The notes under the pieces: model-generated
The model's database searches: none
What the model saw: the letters and a program-made list of their open reading frames with translations, nothing else
What the model was told of the DNA's origin: nothing
Source of the DNA: an uncultured Thiotrichales bacterium
Lineage (GTDB): Bacteria; Pseudomonadota; Gammaproteobacteria; UWMA-0217
Assembly: GCA_964614535.1 (NCBI GenBank)
Contig: CAZTOZ010000059.1
Coordinates: 991-64,990, forward strand
Direction: 5' to 3'
DNA length: 64,000 nt
Part shown: positions 40,244 to 49,106 of the stretch, in pieces
Position numbering within the stretch: the stretch's first letter is position 1
Layout of the letters: each line of letters starts with the position of its first letter
Position numbers and translations under genes: made by a program

Positions 40244-40270
40244 TTAGCACTCTAACATAATGAGTGCTAA
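40244..40270. promoter_or_regulatory. CIRCE operator (HrcA binding site)
   Basis: Exact TTAGCACTC-TAACATAAT-GAGTGCTAA, 43 bp before rpoH start. Confidence 0.95.
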
Positions 40271-40313
40271 TCTTAGAATCAAGAAACCAACTTCAATACG
40301 GGAGACGATAAGA

Positions 40314-41177
40314 ATGAGCAATAAACTACAGCTGCGAAGCGGTACTCTGCCGGTCGTCGGTGGTGCCAATATCGACGGCTTCATTCAGGCTGCTCACCAG
40401 TTCCCGGTGCTGACGAAGGAAGAGGAATACGAACTGGCGAGGGACTATCGCCAGAACGGCAATCTGGAGGCGGCCAAGGCGTTGGTGCTGCACAACCTGC
40501 GCTTCGTCATCAAGATTGCACGTGGCTACAGCGGCTATGGCCTGCCGCTGGCCGATATGGTGCAAGAGGGCAATATCGGTCTGATGAAGGCCGTCAAGCG
40601 GTTCGATCCGGAAATGGGTGTACGGCTGGTGTCGTTCGCCGTTCACTGGATCCGTGCCGAGATTCACGAGTACATCCTGCGTAACTGGCGGATCGTCAAG
40701 GTCGCCACGACGAAGGCGCAGCGCAAGCTGTTCTTCAATCTGCGCAGCGCCAAGAAACGGCTGGGATGGATGAATCAGGAGGAGATCAACGCCATTGCCG
40801 ACGATCTGGGCGTGAAGCCCGAAGAGGTGATGGAGATGGAATCGCGCCTGAGCAATCGCGACGTGGGCTTCGACCTGCCAGCGAACGACGACGACCGGGA
40901 GTATGCGTCACCGGTCGCCTATCTGACCCATGACGGCGAGGATCCGCTCAGCCAGTTGGAGAACGACGACAGCCAGCATCACGAGATGACGCAACTCACC
41001 CAGGCACTGGCGCAATTGGACGAGCGCAGCCAGGACATCGTGCGCCGCCGCTGGCTCAACGAGGATGGCAAGGAGACGCTGCAAACGCTGGCGGACGAAT
41101 ACGGTGTCTCGGCCGAGCGCATCCGTCAACTGGAGAAGAACGCATTCAAGAAGATGCGCGCGGCCATGGCGGCCTAG
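40314..41177 (+). CDS. rpoH: Heat-shock sigma factor sigma32
   Basis: '[29 protein letters not shown]', RpoH box '[11 protein letters not shown]', '[20 protein letters not shown]'; start at ATG 40314. Confidence 0.97.
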   Translation: MSNKLQLRSGTLPVVGGANIDGFIQAAHQFPVLTKEEEYELARDYRQNGNLEAAKALVLHNLRFVIKIARGYSGYGLPLADMVQEGNIGLMKAVKRFDPEMGVRLVSFAVHWIRAEIHEYILRNWRIVKVATTKAQRKLFFNLRSAKKRLGWMNQEEINAIADDLGVKPEEVMEMESRLSNRDVGFDLPANDDDREYASPVAYLTHDGEDPLSQLENDDSQHHEMTQLTQALAQLDERSQDIVRRRWLNEDGKETLQTLADEYGVSAERIRQLEKNAFKKMRAAMAA

Positions 41178-41238
41178 CCCAAGCGCATCGAACCGGCTTC
41201 AGCACCGGGAATGGTTTTGCACGGGATGAATACCCGGG

Positions 41239-41274
41239 AAAGGGCCCGACGGCAACGTCGGGCCCTTTCTCTTT
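41239..41274 (+). terminator. Intrinsic terminator after rpoH
   Basis: AAAGGGCCCGACG-GCAA-CGTCGGGCCCTTT then CTCTTT. Confidence 0.85.
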
Positions 41275-41313
41275 CTGGCATGCCGCCTGCGGGCACACCC
41301 CGGCGATCCCGCC

Positions 41314-42765
41314 TCAATCCACCTGCAACACGCGAATCATGTCAGTGCCACCCGCACTATGGCGATAGCCCCAGGTGGCGACGATGACATCACCGCTGTC
41401 GACGAACCCCAGTTTCCGCGCCTGTTCGACACCGTAGCTGATACGGGCCTGGTCGGAGATGCCCGGCTCGCACAGCAGCGCGGTGATTCCCCAGTTGAGA
41501 GAGAGCTTGCGCGCCACCGCGACACTGCCGGTGATAGCGAAGATCGGACATTCGGGCCGGTGGCGTGAGATCAGCCGCGAGGTGAAGCCGGTGTCGGTGA
41601 GACTGAAGACGGCGGCGGCATCGAGCTGTTTGACCATGGTGACGACGGCCTGGCTGACGGCTTCGGTCACCACGTTGGAGGGGTTGGGCAGGATTTTCTG
41701 CAGATAGCCGAATTCACCGAGGTAGGACTCGGTGCGCAGCGCCAGATCGCTCATCGTCCGCACCGCCTCTACCGGGTATTTGCCGGTGGCGGTTTCTCCG
41801 GAGAGCATGATGGCCGAGGTGCCATCGAGTATCGCATTGGCAACGTCGCTGGCCTCGGCGCGGGTGGGCTTGGGGTTGTTCTCCATCGACGCCAGCATCT
41901 GCGTCGCGGTGATGACCGGCTTGCCGTTCATCACGGTGGTGCGGATCATCCGCTTCTGCGCCTCCGGCACTTCACCGAACGGCAGCTCGACACCGAGATC
42001 GCCACGCGCCACCATCACACCATCGGCCACCTTGACGATCTCCTCCAGGTTGTCGATCCCCGCCTTGTTCTCGATCTTGGCGATGATCGGAATGTCACGC
42101 ACGTTCTCCCGCAGAATCTCCCGCATCGTGTGGATGTCATCGGCCGACTGCACGAACGAGGCGGCGATGTAGTCGATGTCGTTGGCCGAGGCGAAGTCCA
42201 GCTCCTTCTTGACGTCTTCGCGGTTCTCGGGATTGGCGGTGGCCAGCTTGAGGCGGGTGTCGGGCAGGTTGATGCTCTTGCGCTCACCGAGCATGCCGCC
42301 ATGAACCACCTTGCAGCGAATCTCACGGTCGGTGGTGGAGATCACCTGCAACTCGATGGCGCCATCGTCGAGCAGGATCGGCGCGCCAACGGCCACCTCG
42401 TGGGGGAGGTTGGCGTAGGTCATCGACACACCGTGGACATCCCCCGGCTCGTCGGCCACATAGAGGGTGAACCTGCCCCCCCGCTCCAGCTCTACTTTCT
42501 TGTCCCGCAGCAGCCCGGTGCGGATCTCGACACCACGGGTATCGATCATGATCGCCACATGGTGCCCGAGCTTCCTCGCCACATCGCGGATCCGCCCGAT
42601 CATCCGCTGGTGCCCTTCGAACGTGCCGTGGGAGAGGTTGAGACGGGCGACGTTCATGCCGGCACGGAGCATCTGTTCGAGCTTCTCCGGCGAATCGCAG
42701 GCAGGCCCGATGGTGGCGACGATCTTGGTTTTTCTCAGCTGATGGCAATGTCTGGTTGCGGTCAT
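41314..42765 (-). CDS. pyk: Pyruvate kinase
   Basis: 'KTKIVATIGPA', 'ARLNLSHG', 'IIAKIEN', 'MVARGDLGVE', 'TATQML'-type 'VITATQMLASM', 'MLSGETA'. Confidence 0.97.
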   Translation of the reverse strand: MTATRHCHQLRKTKIVATIGPACDSPEKLEQMLRAGMNVARLNLSHGTFEGHQRMIGRIRDVARKLGHHVAIMIDTRGVEIRTGLLRDKKVELERGGRFTLYVADEPGDVHGVSMTYANLPHEVAVGAPILLDDGAIELQVISTTDREIRCKVVHGGMLGERKSINLPDTRLKLATANPENREDVKKELDFASANDIDYIAASFVQSADDIHTMREILRENVRDIPIIAKIENKAGIDNLEEIVKVADGVMVARGDLGVELPFGEVPEAQKRMIRTTVMNGKPVITATQMLASMENNPKPTRAEASDVANAILDGTSAIMLSGETATGKYPVEAVRTMSDLALRTESYLGEFGYLQKILPNPSNVVTEAVSQAVVTMVKQLDAAAVFSLTDTGFTSRLISRHRPECPIFAITGSVAVARKLSLNWGITALLCEPGISDQARISYGVEQARKLGFVDSGDVIVATWGYRHSAGGTDMIRVLQVD

Positions 42766-42831
42766 GGAAAATACCCGGATTCAGGAAGCGGGTATCATCC
42801 ACGCAGCCCATCACCTTTGCAACCGACACCC

Positions 42832-44943
42832 TTACTTCGGCCCGGTGGTCTCGCCACCGCGCCACGGCCGGCTCCAGAAACGCCCCTCATGCAGATAGTG
42901 CACCCAGTCGCCAATGAGGACGCCGCGGTCATTCCGGGTGTCGCCCCAGTCGCCGCCGCGATAATCGGCCACGATCAACGGCTCCAGAGCGGTATCGATC
43001 CGTTGCGTGGCGGGGTCGATCTCGAAACGGTAGAGGCCGGTGTGGGTATAGCCGAAGTGACTGTCCGGTGATGCGGGATCACCATACGGGGGCGGCCGGT
43101 CGTGCAATGCCACCGGCAGCACCACCCGCATCCGGCCATCGACCGTCAATGTGGTAATGGCGTGGTGATCGTGCAGTGCCGTGCTGTCGGTTCCCCGCCT
43201 GCCGATCTCCACCTTGTCCACCTCCAGGGGGCGGGCAGGGTCGGAGACGTCGATCAACGACAACTTGATCCCCTGATACCAGGCGCCGCCAATGTCGCCG
43301 GTCACGCCCCGCGCCGGCACCGCCGCCTTGCCGATTCCCAGCAGCAATGTCTCGGTCACCGGGTGGAGATAGTCGGAGTAACCGCTGACCTTCAGCTCCC
43401 CGGCGATATAGGGGTCGGTCGGATCGGAGAGATCGACGACATAGAGCGGATCGGTCACGCGGAAGGTCACGAGGTAGGCGCGATCACCGACATAGCGGGT
43501 GCCGTACAACTGCTCACCGGGACGGCCCAGCGGGGCGGGGCGGCGCGGGTTCGGCAGCGTCGAAACCACTTCCAGCACCTGGCGACCGGCCGAGGCCTTC
43601 AGAATCGTCAACATCACCGGGGATCGCTCCGGCACCTCGGACACCCCGTTCCCCGGCGTGGCCGGCACTTCATCCGTTTCCAGGACGATATCGACGGGCC
43701 GGGCCACGAAACGGCGCGACTCACGATAGGTGACGACACGCAGATGGCCGTCGGCGGATTCACTGAACCGGAACGATTTCTGATCCTGCCGCCAGCCCAG
43801 ATGCCCCTCCACTTCGGCCGATCCCCGATAGGCGATGGCCAGTCTATCGAAATCGAACCGGTGAATGTCGGTGGTGACCTCGGGTTCGTAGACGATCCCG
43901 TCGGCCAACACCCGATAGGGGTGGCGGGTGGACGCCAGATAGAGCGCCGAGGTAGAGGCATAGAGCGCTTCGCTGGCGCCCACATAGCACTGCGCGGCAA
44001 GGTGGTCGCCGTCGCTCGTCAGATCGACCGCAACGATGGTGATCACATCCGCCCATCGCTGGGCAGTATCCCGGTTGAGATAGCAGTCAGCGGGGGTGAC
44101 CAGCAGCCCCCGATCGACACCGTCGATGCGATAGCGTGGCAATAGCGCCTCCGGGGTCAGCGTATCCGCTCCGGCCGGATCTTCGACGGCAACGGATGGG
44201 TCGGGATGGTGGCGCAACACCAGATAGACCACCTCACCCACACGGCGCGAGGCAACCAACGCGCCGTCGAATCCGATGGTGCGGACGACGGTGGCGCGCG
44301 CCGGCTCGGACACATCGACGAAGCGCAGGCGGGTGCGCTGCTGGATGAAGTACCAAGGCCGGAACCAGTTGGCATGGACGGCACCAGCGGCTTGGTCGAT
44401 GACCATCAAGCGCTGCAAGCGCTCGCTCAGATAGAGCCCCTGCTGCTGCAACGCCGGATCGTCCATCCCGATATCGGCCAGCACCGACAACCCACCATCG
44501 TCCGCCACCGCCATGACACGGATCGCCGAACGAGGCGTGTCAGCGGATGATACCCCGCTGCCGTCAACCGATGATGGCCCGGCCGGATAGGCGAAATCCC
44601 CCCGGTTGTCGAGCGCATAGAGTACGCGTCCGTCCGACGTGGTCTTGATCAGATCGGCCTCGTCGACACCGGCAACCTGCAGATTGGTGGTGGAGACCCC
44701 TCGCTGGGACGCGCCAGCACCCACCGCTTCCGCCAACACGACGGCATCGGACCCGACATCGCCGTCGCCGGAACGCAACGCGTCCCGGAAATAGGCCACC
44801 AACCCGGCGCTGTCGGTCCGCACCAACCTCCCGGCCGTCTCTCCACCCGCGGCACCTTCCGACACCCCGGCGCCGCTCGGCGGACCGCCACAACCCGCCA
44901 CGATCGACACGACGGCCAGCATGGCGGCCATCTTTTGGATCAT
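42832..44943 (-). CDS. Secreted lipoprotein with beta-propeller domain (Beta_propel type)
   Basis: Lipobox VAG|C; 'STTNLQVAGVDEADLIK', 'GEQLYGTRYVGDRAYLVTFRVTDPLYVVDLSDP', 'GELKVSGYSDYLHP'. Confidence 0.85.
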   Translation of the reverse strand: MIQKMAAMLAVVSIVAGCGGPPSGAGVSEGAAGGETAGRLVRTDSAGLVAYFRDALRSGDGDVGSDAVVLAEAVGAGASQRGVSTTNLQVAGVDEADLIKTTSDGRVLYALDNRGDFAYPAGPSSVDGSGVSSADTPRSAIRVMAVADDGGLSVLADIGMDDPALQQQGLYLSERLQRLMVIDQAAGAVHANWFRPWYFIQQRTRLRFVDVSEPARATVVRTIGFDGALVASRRVGEVVYLVLRHHPDPSVAVEDPAGADTLTPEALLPRYRIDGVDRGLLVTPADCYLNRDTAQRWADVITIVAVDLTSDGDHLAAQCYVGASEALYASTSALYLASTRHPYRVLADGIVYEPEVTTDIHRFDFDRLAIAYRGSAEVEGHLGWRQDQKSFRFSESADGHLRVVTYRESRRFVARPVDIVLETDEVPATPGNGVSEVPERSPVMLTILKASAGRQVLEVVSTLPNPRRPAPLGRPGEQLYGTRYVGDRAYLVTFRVTDPLYVVDLSDPTDPYIAGELKVSGYSDYLHPVTETLLLGIGKAAVPARGVTGDIGGAWYQGIKLSLIDVSDPARPLEVDKVEIGRRGTDSTALHDHHAITTLTVDGRMRVVLPVALHDRPPPYGDPASPDSHFGYTHTGLYRFEIDPATQRIDTALEPLIVADYRGGDWGDTRNDRGVLIGDWVHYLHEGRFWSRPWRGGETTGPK

Positions 44944-45114
44944 TTCGCACCACCCGATACTTGGGATTATTTTCCCAAACTATCGGCTATCGACCATCAG
45001 GTCAAGCACGCGCCGCAATACCGGCGGGCGGCCCCGAACAATCGGAACAGCTCATCCACAATAGGGCTCCACTCATCCGAAGAGACACAACTTGTGACAT
45101 ATCCGCACCTAAAC

Positions 45115-45130
45115 TGTGAGGTGGATCACA
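45115..45130. promoter_or_regulatory. CRP/Vfr-type binding site
   Basis: Exact TGTGA-GGTGGA-TCACA with A-rich flanks in the divergent intergenic region. Confidence 0.7.
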
Positions 45131-45374
45131 AATCCCCAAGGTTTTCCTTTTTCCACACAATGAACATGCCTACCGTATATCCTCTGACGAATGAGCAGCC
45201 AACCAACCCCGGCATGACGTACAACAGGGGAACCGCTCTCCGGGTTTGTCACATCAGATTCACGGATACTCAGTCCACCGGTCTGCCGCCAGGCTGGTGG
45301 CCGGCAATCCATCGCGGACAACGCTCTCCAACCACCGTCCGGTGGTACGAGGATCGATAACAGGGACAGGGAAC

Positions 45375-46334
45375 ATGGCAAGTATTCGCTACTTCTTCTC
45401 CTACGCCACGGTCAACGAAAACCCACGCTACACGCGCGACCTGGTCAACTTCCGCCACTACGCCCGCCACGACCCCGGCGTCGATCTGGTGGAGGTCTAC
45501 ATCGCTGTCAACCAAGACCACCCTAAGACCCGGGCCGATGAAATCGCGCTCCAGGATCTGGTCAAGGTGCTGGAGAAGAACCCCAAATACAAGGTTCGCA
45601 AGGTCGAGTTCTTCGAGGCGCCGGGGCGCGACTGGCGCGCGCTCTACGTCAATCTCAACAACCTGCTCCCGGACGCCGAAGACACCGACTACCTCTTCTT
45701 CAACAACCGCAGCGGTACCGGTGCGCTGGAGCCCAACTGGTACAAACGCCTGCTGGAGCGGATGCGCCGCGACGACAGCATCGGTGGCGTGGCCAGCACC
45801 ATCTGGCTGCCCGACTCAGCCGACGCCGAACTCGGCCCGCATCTGCAGGGTTTCGGCATAGTGACGCGTATCCGCGACGTCCGGCCGATGATGGACGACT
45901 TCCCGGGCATCTACGCCACCAATAGCGAAGGCACCATCCGCGACGGCGAAGCCGCCTTTTCCCAGCGCCTGTTGGCCAACGGCAGAAAGCTCGCCAGCCT
46001 CTATCAACCATTGCTCGTGGTCAGCCCCGGACAGACCGACTTCGGCAACGAACGCCTGGGCTGCCCGCGAGAGGCCGCGGCGAAACGGGGTGGCCTCCCC
46101 TTCAGCCACCGCGCGGTCAAACACTTCTACCTTGGCACACCCAAAGACTGGTTCGCGGTGCTGGCATGGTGGGCACGCCGGATCTGGCACGAACCATCGA
46201 TCGCCCGCCAGTTTCCACACCGGATCTGGATGGCGATCCACTGGTATCAGTGGCATGTCCGCCAGCGGATCGCAGCCTTCTTTCGGCGGTTCCACTGGCC
46301 TCACCGAACACCACCGCGCAACCCCGCCCACTGA
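45375..46334 (+). CDS. RgpF/rhamnan-synthesis-like glycosyltransferase-type protein
   Basis: 'PGRDWRA', 'YLFFNNRSGTG', 'PHLQGF', 'IRDGEAAFSQRLLANG' resemble RgpF motifs (NxGxD, LxxNDS, PHLQS, ExxLSxxL); start ATG 45375. Confidence 0.5.
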   Translation: MASIRYFFSYATVNENPRYTRDLVNFRHYARHDPGVDLVEVYIAVNQDHPKTRADEIALQDLVKVLEKNPKYKVRKVEFFEAPGRDWRALYVNLNNLLPDAEDTDYLFFNNRSGTGALEPNWYKRLLERMRRDDSIGGVASTIWLPDSADAELGPHLQGFGIVTRIRDVRPMMDDFPGIYATNSEGTIRDGEAAFSQRLLANGRKLASLYQPLLVVSPGQTDFGNERLGCPREAAAKRGGLPFSHRAVKHFYLGTPKDWFAVLAWWARRIWHEPSIARQFPHRIWMAIHWYQWHVRQRIAAFFRRFHWPHRTPPRNPAH

Positions 46335-46370
46335 GCAAAAGATGAGGACTGGCTGACCTCAACCGGAATG

Positions 46371-46503
46371 TGCGCGATAACCTGCCCCTTCCGCATTGCC
46401 AGGAGCCACGATGGGCGCTCTGATCGCCAAATACCGCATCGGGATCTCCCGCGTCATCGGTACGGCCTTCATCGCGCTGACCGGCGCATTGCGGATGTTC
46501 GTC
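46371..46503 (+). repeat. Direct repeat copy 1 (degenerate duplicate of 48018-48186)
   Basis: First 105 nt match 48018-48122 with 10 mismatches by manual alignment; then a 36-nt deletion and a further ~28-nt match. Confidence 0.95.
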
Positions 46504-46575
46504 CGGGGCGACATCACCGGCGACCAAGTCACGACAACCGCTTCCTCGACTATGCCACACGGGGCGAGCGCTTAG
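46411..46575 (+). pseudogene. Truncated duplicate of the 5' end of the ICMT-family gene
   Basis: MGALIAKYRIGISRVIGTAFIALTGAL... vs intact MDALIAKYRIWISRVIGAVFIAL...; RBS retained; diverges after ~30 codons, stop at 46575. Confidence 0.8.
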
Positions 46576-47701
46576 CCGTATTGGCGATCGAACTGTCGGG
46601 CACCACCTCGAGCGTTCGATTGCCGGCTTTCGCACGTTCCAGCGCCGCCTCGAACAACGACACGGCATCATCCCACTGATAGGCACTGGCGGTCAGGTGG
46701 GCGTTGTCGGAAAGCATTCGCCACGCTCGGGAATCAGCCTGAAGCACCTGACGGACCCCAGCAGCCAATGCCGTGTCATCACCACAGTCTGCAAGGAACC
46801 CGTTATATCCATCGCGCACCAACTGCGGCATGGCCCCTACCTTCGTCGTAACCACTGGACAACGGCAAGCCATTGCTTCCAGCGGCGTCAGGCCAAAACC
46901 ATCCTGGTGACTTGGATAGAACCAGACATCACAGCGAGCATATAGCTGGGGAATCAGGGATTGTGGCGGGTTGTGCAAGAATTCCACCCACCCAGGAAGA
47001 TGGGGATGGCACCCTGGCGATGGTCGGCCAAAGCACAACGCCTTGAGCATTGGCATCTCGGCCTTGAGCGCTGTCAAAATGGCGATCGCATCATCCGTCC
47101 CCTTCCCCGCAAAATCGGAAAAAAGAAAGCCGACGGTTGGCGTGGTATTCTTGTCTCGCTCTGGTGCGGAAAAGTGTTCCGTATCAACCCCATTGTGAAT
47201 AATCGCATCGACCTCGACGCCAATCTTCTGCCGCCCGACCTCGGCCAACCAACGAGACACGGCGATTTTGAAGAAAGGCAGCCTCCACGTCGCATCGACC
47301 AACGCCTCCGGGCTGAATTCACTGGCATCGTACCCTTGAATGAAGTGAACACGGGCGCCCTTCGAGGATGGCATCTTGTTTACCCACTCGACGGTTTTCC
47401 ACCAGGTCGCCACAATCACATCGGCATCCGGCACGTCATCGGCCTCGACGGGACGATGCCGTTCGAGCGTGACCACGCGGTGATCACCACCTTCGTAATA
47501 GTCGTAATCAGCCTCTTTGTAATGCTGCCAACCATCGATGTGCAACAGCGATTTGAGGCGCTCGCGATAGCTGGGCTTTTCGCGGGGAGGCGCAATCACC
47601 GTCACATCATGTCCTCTACGCTGCAGGAGGGCTGCATAGATGGCAACCACACGATTTCCCCCAGCGGCGCCATGCTCGGGCAAGACAAATGTAATTTTCA
47701 C
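46550..47701 (-). CDS. GT4-family glycosyltransferase
   Basis: 'GGNRVV', 'VATWWKT', 'IHNGVD', 'DGFGLTPLEAMACRCPVVTT'; ~54% GC in a 120-nt sample. Confidence 0.9.
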   Translation of the reverse strand: MKITFVLPEHGAAGGNRVVAIYAALLQRRGHDVTVIAPPREKPSYRERLKSLLHIDGWQHYKEADYDYYEGGDHRVVTLERHRPVEADDVPDADVIVATWWKTVEWVNKMPSSKGARVHFIQGYDASEFSPEALVDATWRLPFFKIAVSRWLAEVGRQKIGVEVDAIIHNGVDTEHFSAPERDKNTTPTVGFLFSDFAGKGTDDAIAILTALKAEMPMLKALCFGRPSPGCHPHLPGWVEFLHNPPQSLIPQLYARCDVWFYPSHQDGFGLTPLEAMACRCPVVTTKVGAMPQLVRDGYNGFLADCGDDTALAAGVRQVLQADSRAWRMLSDNAHLTASAYQWDDAVSLFEAALERAKAGNRTLEVVPDSSIANTAKRSPRVA

Positions 47702-47883
47702 GGGCTATTCCTCTTGATCGTTGTTTCCTCTCGTTGTTCGCCTATTCAGGAGACGGCGGCATAAGTCCGCCCATGTTTTTTTCGACGATGGGGGATTGAA
47801 AAACGCAACCCCACACCCACCAGGTCTCCGGGTGGTGATGGCTACAATCAAGCTTTACCAGTACCACGCCCAAACCGCCGAAA

Positions 47884-47894
47884 AGACTACCGCC
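47884..47894 (-). promoter_or_regulatory. ops (RfaH) element candidate upstream of GT4
   Basis: Minus strand GGCGGTAGTCT, 183 bp before GT4 start, correct strand. Confidence 0.4.
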
Positions 47895-48017
47895 GCGCTG
47901 GGCCGGCACCAGCGGGCAACACTGAAACCACCCCATGGTTCCGGCAAACGCCGACCAAACGACATCAACGCCAGATGGAAAAGCCAAAACCTCTCGAGGC
48001 TGAAATCACAATCGGTT

Positions 48018-48186
48018 TGCGCGATAATCCGCTCCTTTCGCATTGCCAGGAGCCACGATGGACGCTCTGATCGCCAAATACCGCATCTGGATCTCCCGCG
48101 TGATCGGTGCCGTCTTCATCGCACTGATCGTTCTGACCGGGAGCCGGCTGACCGGGACGCTGACCGGCGCATTGCTGATTTTCGTC
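48018..48186 (+). repeat. Direct repeat copy 2 (intact; upstream region and 5' end of ICMT gene)
   Basis: See copy 1; segment 48123-48158 is absent from copy 1. Confidence 0.95.
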
Positions 48187-48660
48187 GGGGTGTTGTTGGT
48201 GGGGTTGTCGATGGCGGGAAGACTGTGGTGCAGTCTCTACATCGCGGGCTACAAGAATCAGCAATTGATCCGCTCGGGTCCTTATTCAATGACCCGCAAC
48301 CCGCTCTATTTCTTTTCCTTTCTGGGGTTTACCGGCATTGGGATGGCAACGCAGAGCCTGACCATCGGCATTGGCACGGCCGCACTGTTTCTGCTGTTCT
48401 ACCCCTATGTGATCCGCTATGAAGAGTCGTTCTTGCGGCAGGAGTTCGGCACGGAATTCGACGACTATCTGCGTACCACGCCGCGTTTCTGGCCCAAGCC
48501 GGGCCTGCTGCGGGAACCGGAGCGCTGGCAGGTGAATCCCCGCTCGTTCCGCCGCGAAGTGGGCGACGTGCTGGGGTTCACGCTCGCCCTGGCGCTGGTG
48601 ATTCTGATCGGGGAGCTACACCGCTCGGGCGCGATCACGCCGCTGGCGCTGCTCCCCTGA
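48058..48660 (+). CDS. Isoprenylcysteine carboxylmethyltransferase (ICMT/PEMT)-family membrane protein
   Basis: 'LIRSGPYSMTRNPLYFFS', 'IRYEESFLRQEFGTEFDDYLRTTPRFWP'. Confidence 0.88.
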   Translation: MDALIAKYRIWISRVIGAVFIALIVLTGSRLTGTLTGALLIFVGVLLVGLSMAGRLWCSLYIAGYKNQQLIRSGPYSMTRNPLYFFSFLGFTGIGMATQSLTIGIGTAALFLLFYPYVIRYEESFLRQEFGTEFDDYLRTTPRFWPKPGLLREPERWQVNPRSFRREVGDVLGFTLALALVILIGELHRSGAITPLALLP

Positions 48661-48675
48661 TCCACCGGAGCCTCA

Positions 48676-49068
48676 TCATCCGGTGGATGGCAACACCATA
48701 ACGGCATCCATCTCCACCGCCGCATCCTTGGGCAGCTGGGCCACACCAATGGCGGCGCGGGCGGGATAGGGTTCGGAGAAGTAGCTTGCCATCACTTCGT
48801 TGACGACGGGGAAGTGGGCAAGATCGGTGAGAAAGACGTTGAGCTTGACCACATCGGCCAGTGAACCGCCCGCCGCCTTGGCCACGGCGCCAAGGTTGTC
48901 GAAGACGCGCCGGATCTGCGCCTCGATGCCCCCTTCGACCATCTCCATCGTCTCCGGCACCAGTGGTATCTGGCCGGAGAGGTAGACGGTGTCGCCCACC
49001 CTGACCGCCTGTGAATAGGTGCCGATCGCCTGGGGTGCCTCGTCGGTCTTGATGATTGCTCTTGTCAT
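48676..49068 (-). CDS. ridA: RidA/YjgF reactive intermediate deaminase
   Basis: '[12 protein letters not shown]', 'LSGQIP', '[14 protein letters not shown]', 'VEMDAV'. Confidence 0.93.
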   Translation of the reverse strand: MTRAIIKTDEAPQAIGTYSQAVRVGDTVYLSGQIPLVPETMEMVEGGIEAQIRRVFDNLGAVAKAAGGSLADVVKLNVFLTDLAHFPVVNEVMASYFSEPYPARAAIGVAQLPKDAAVEMDAVMVLPSTG

Positions 49069-49106
49069 CGGTACTCCTGTGGTCTGTGGTTGCAAGATCA
49101 GGGACG

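Noticed and set aside
41275-41292. TGGCAT-N5-CTGC sigma54-like sequence
   Set aside because: Imperfect -12 box, lies after a terminator and points into the 3' end of an antisense gene
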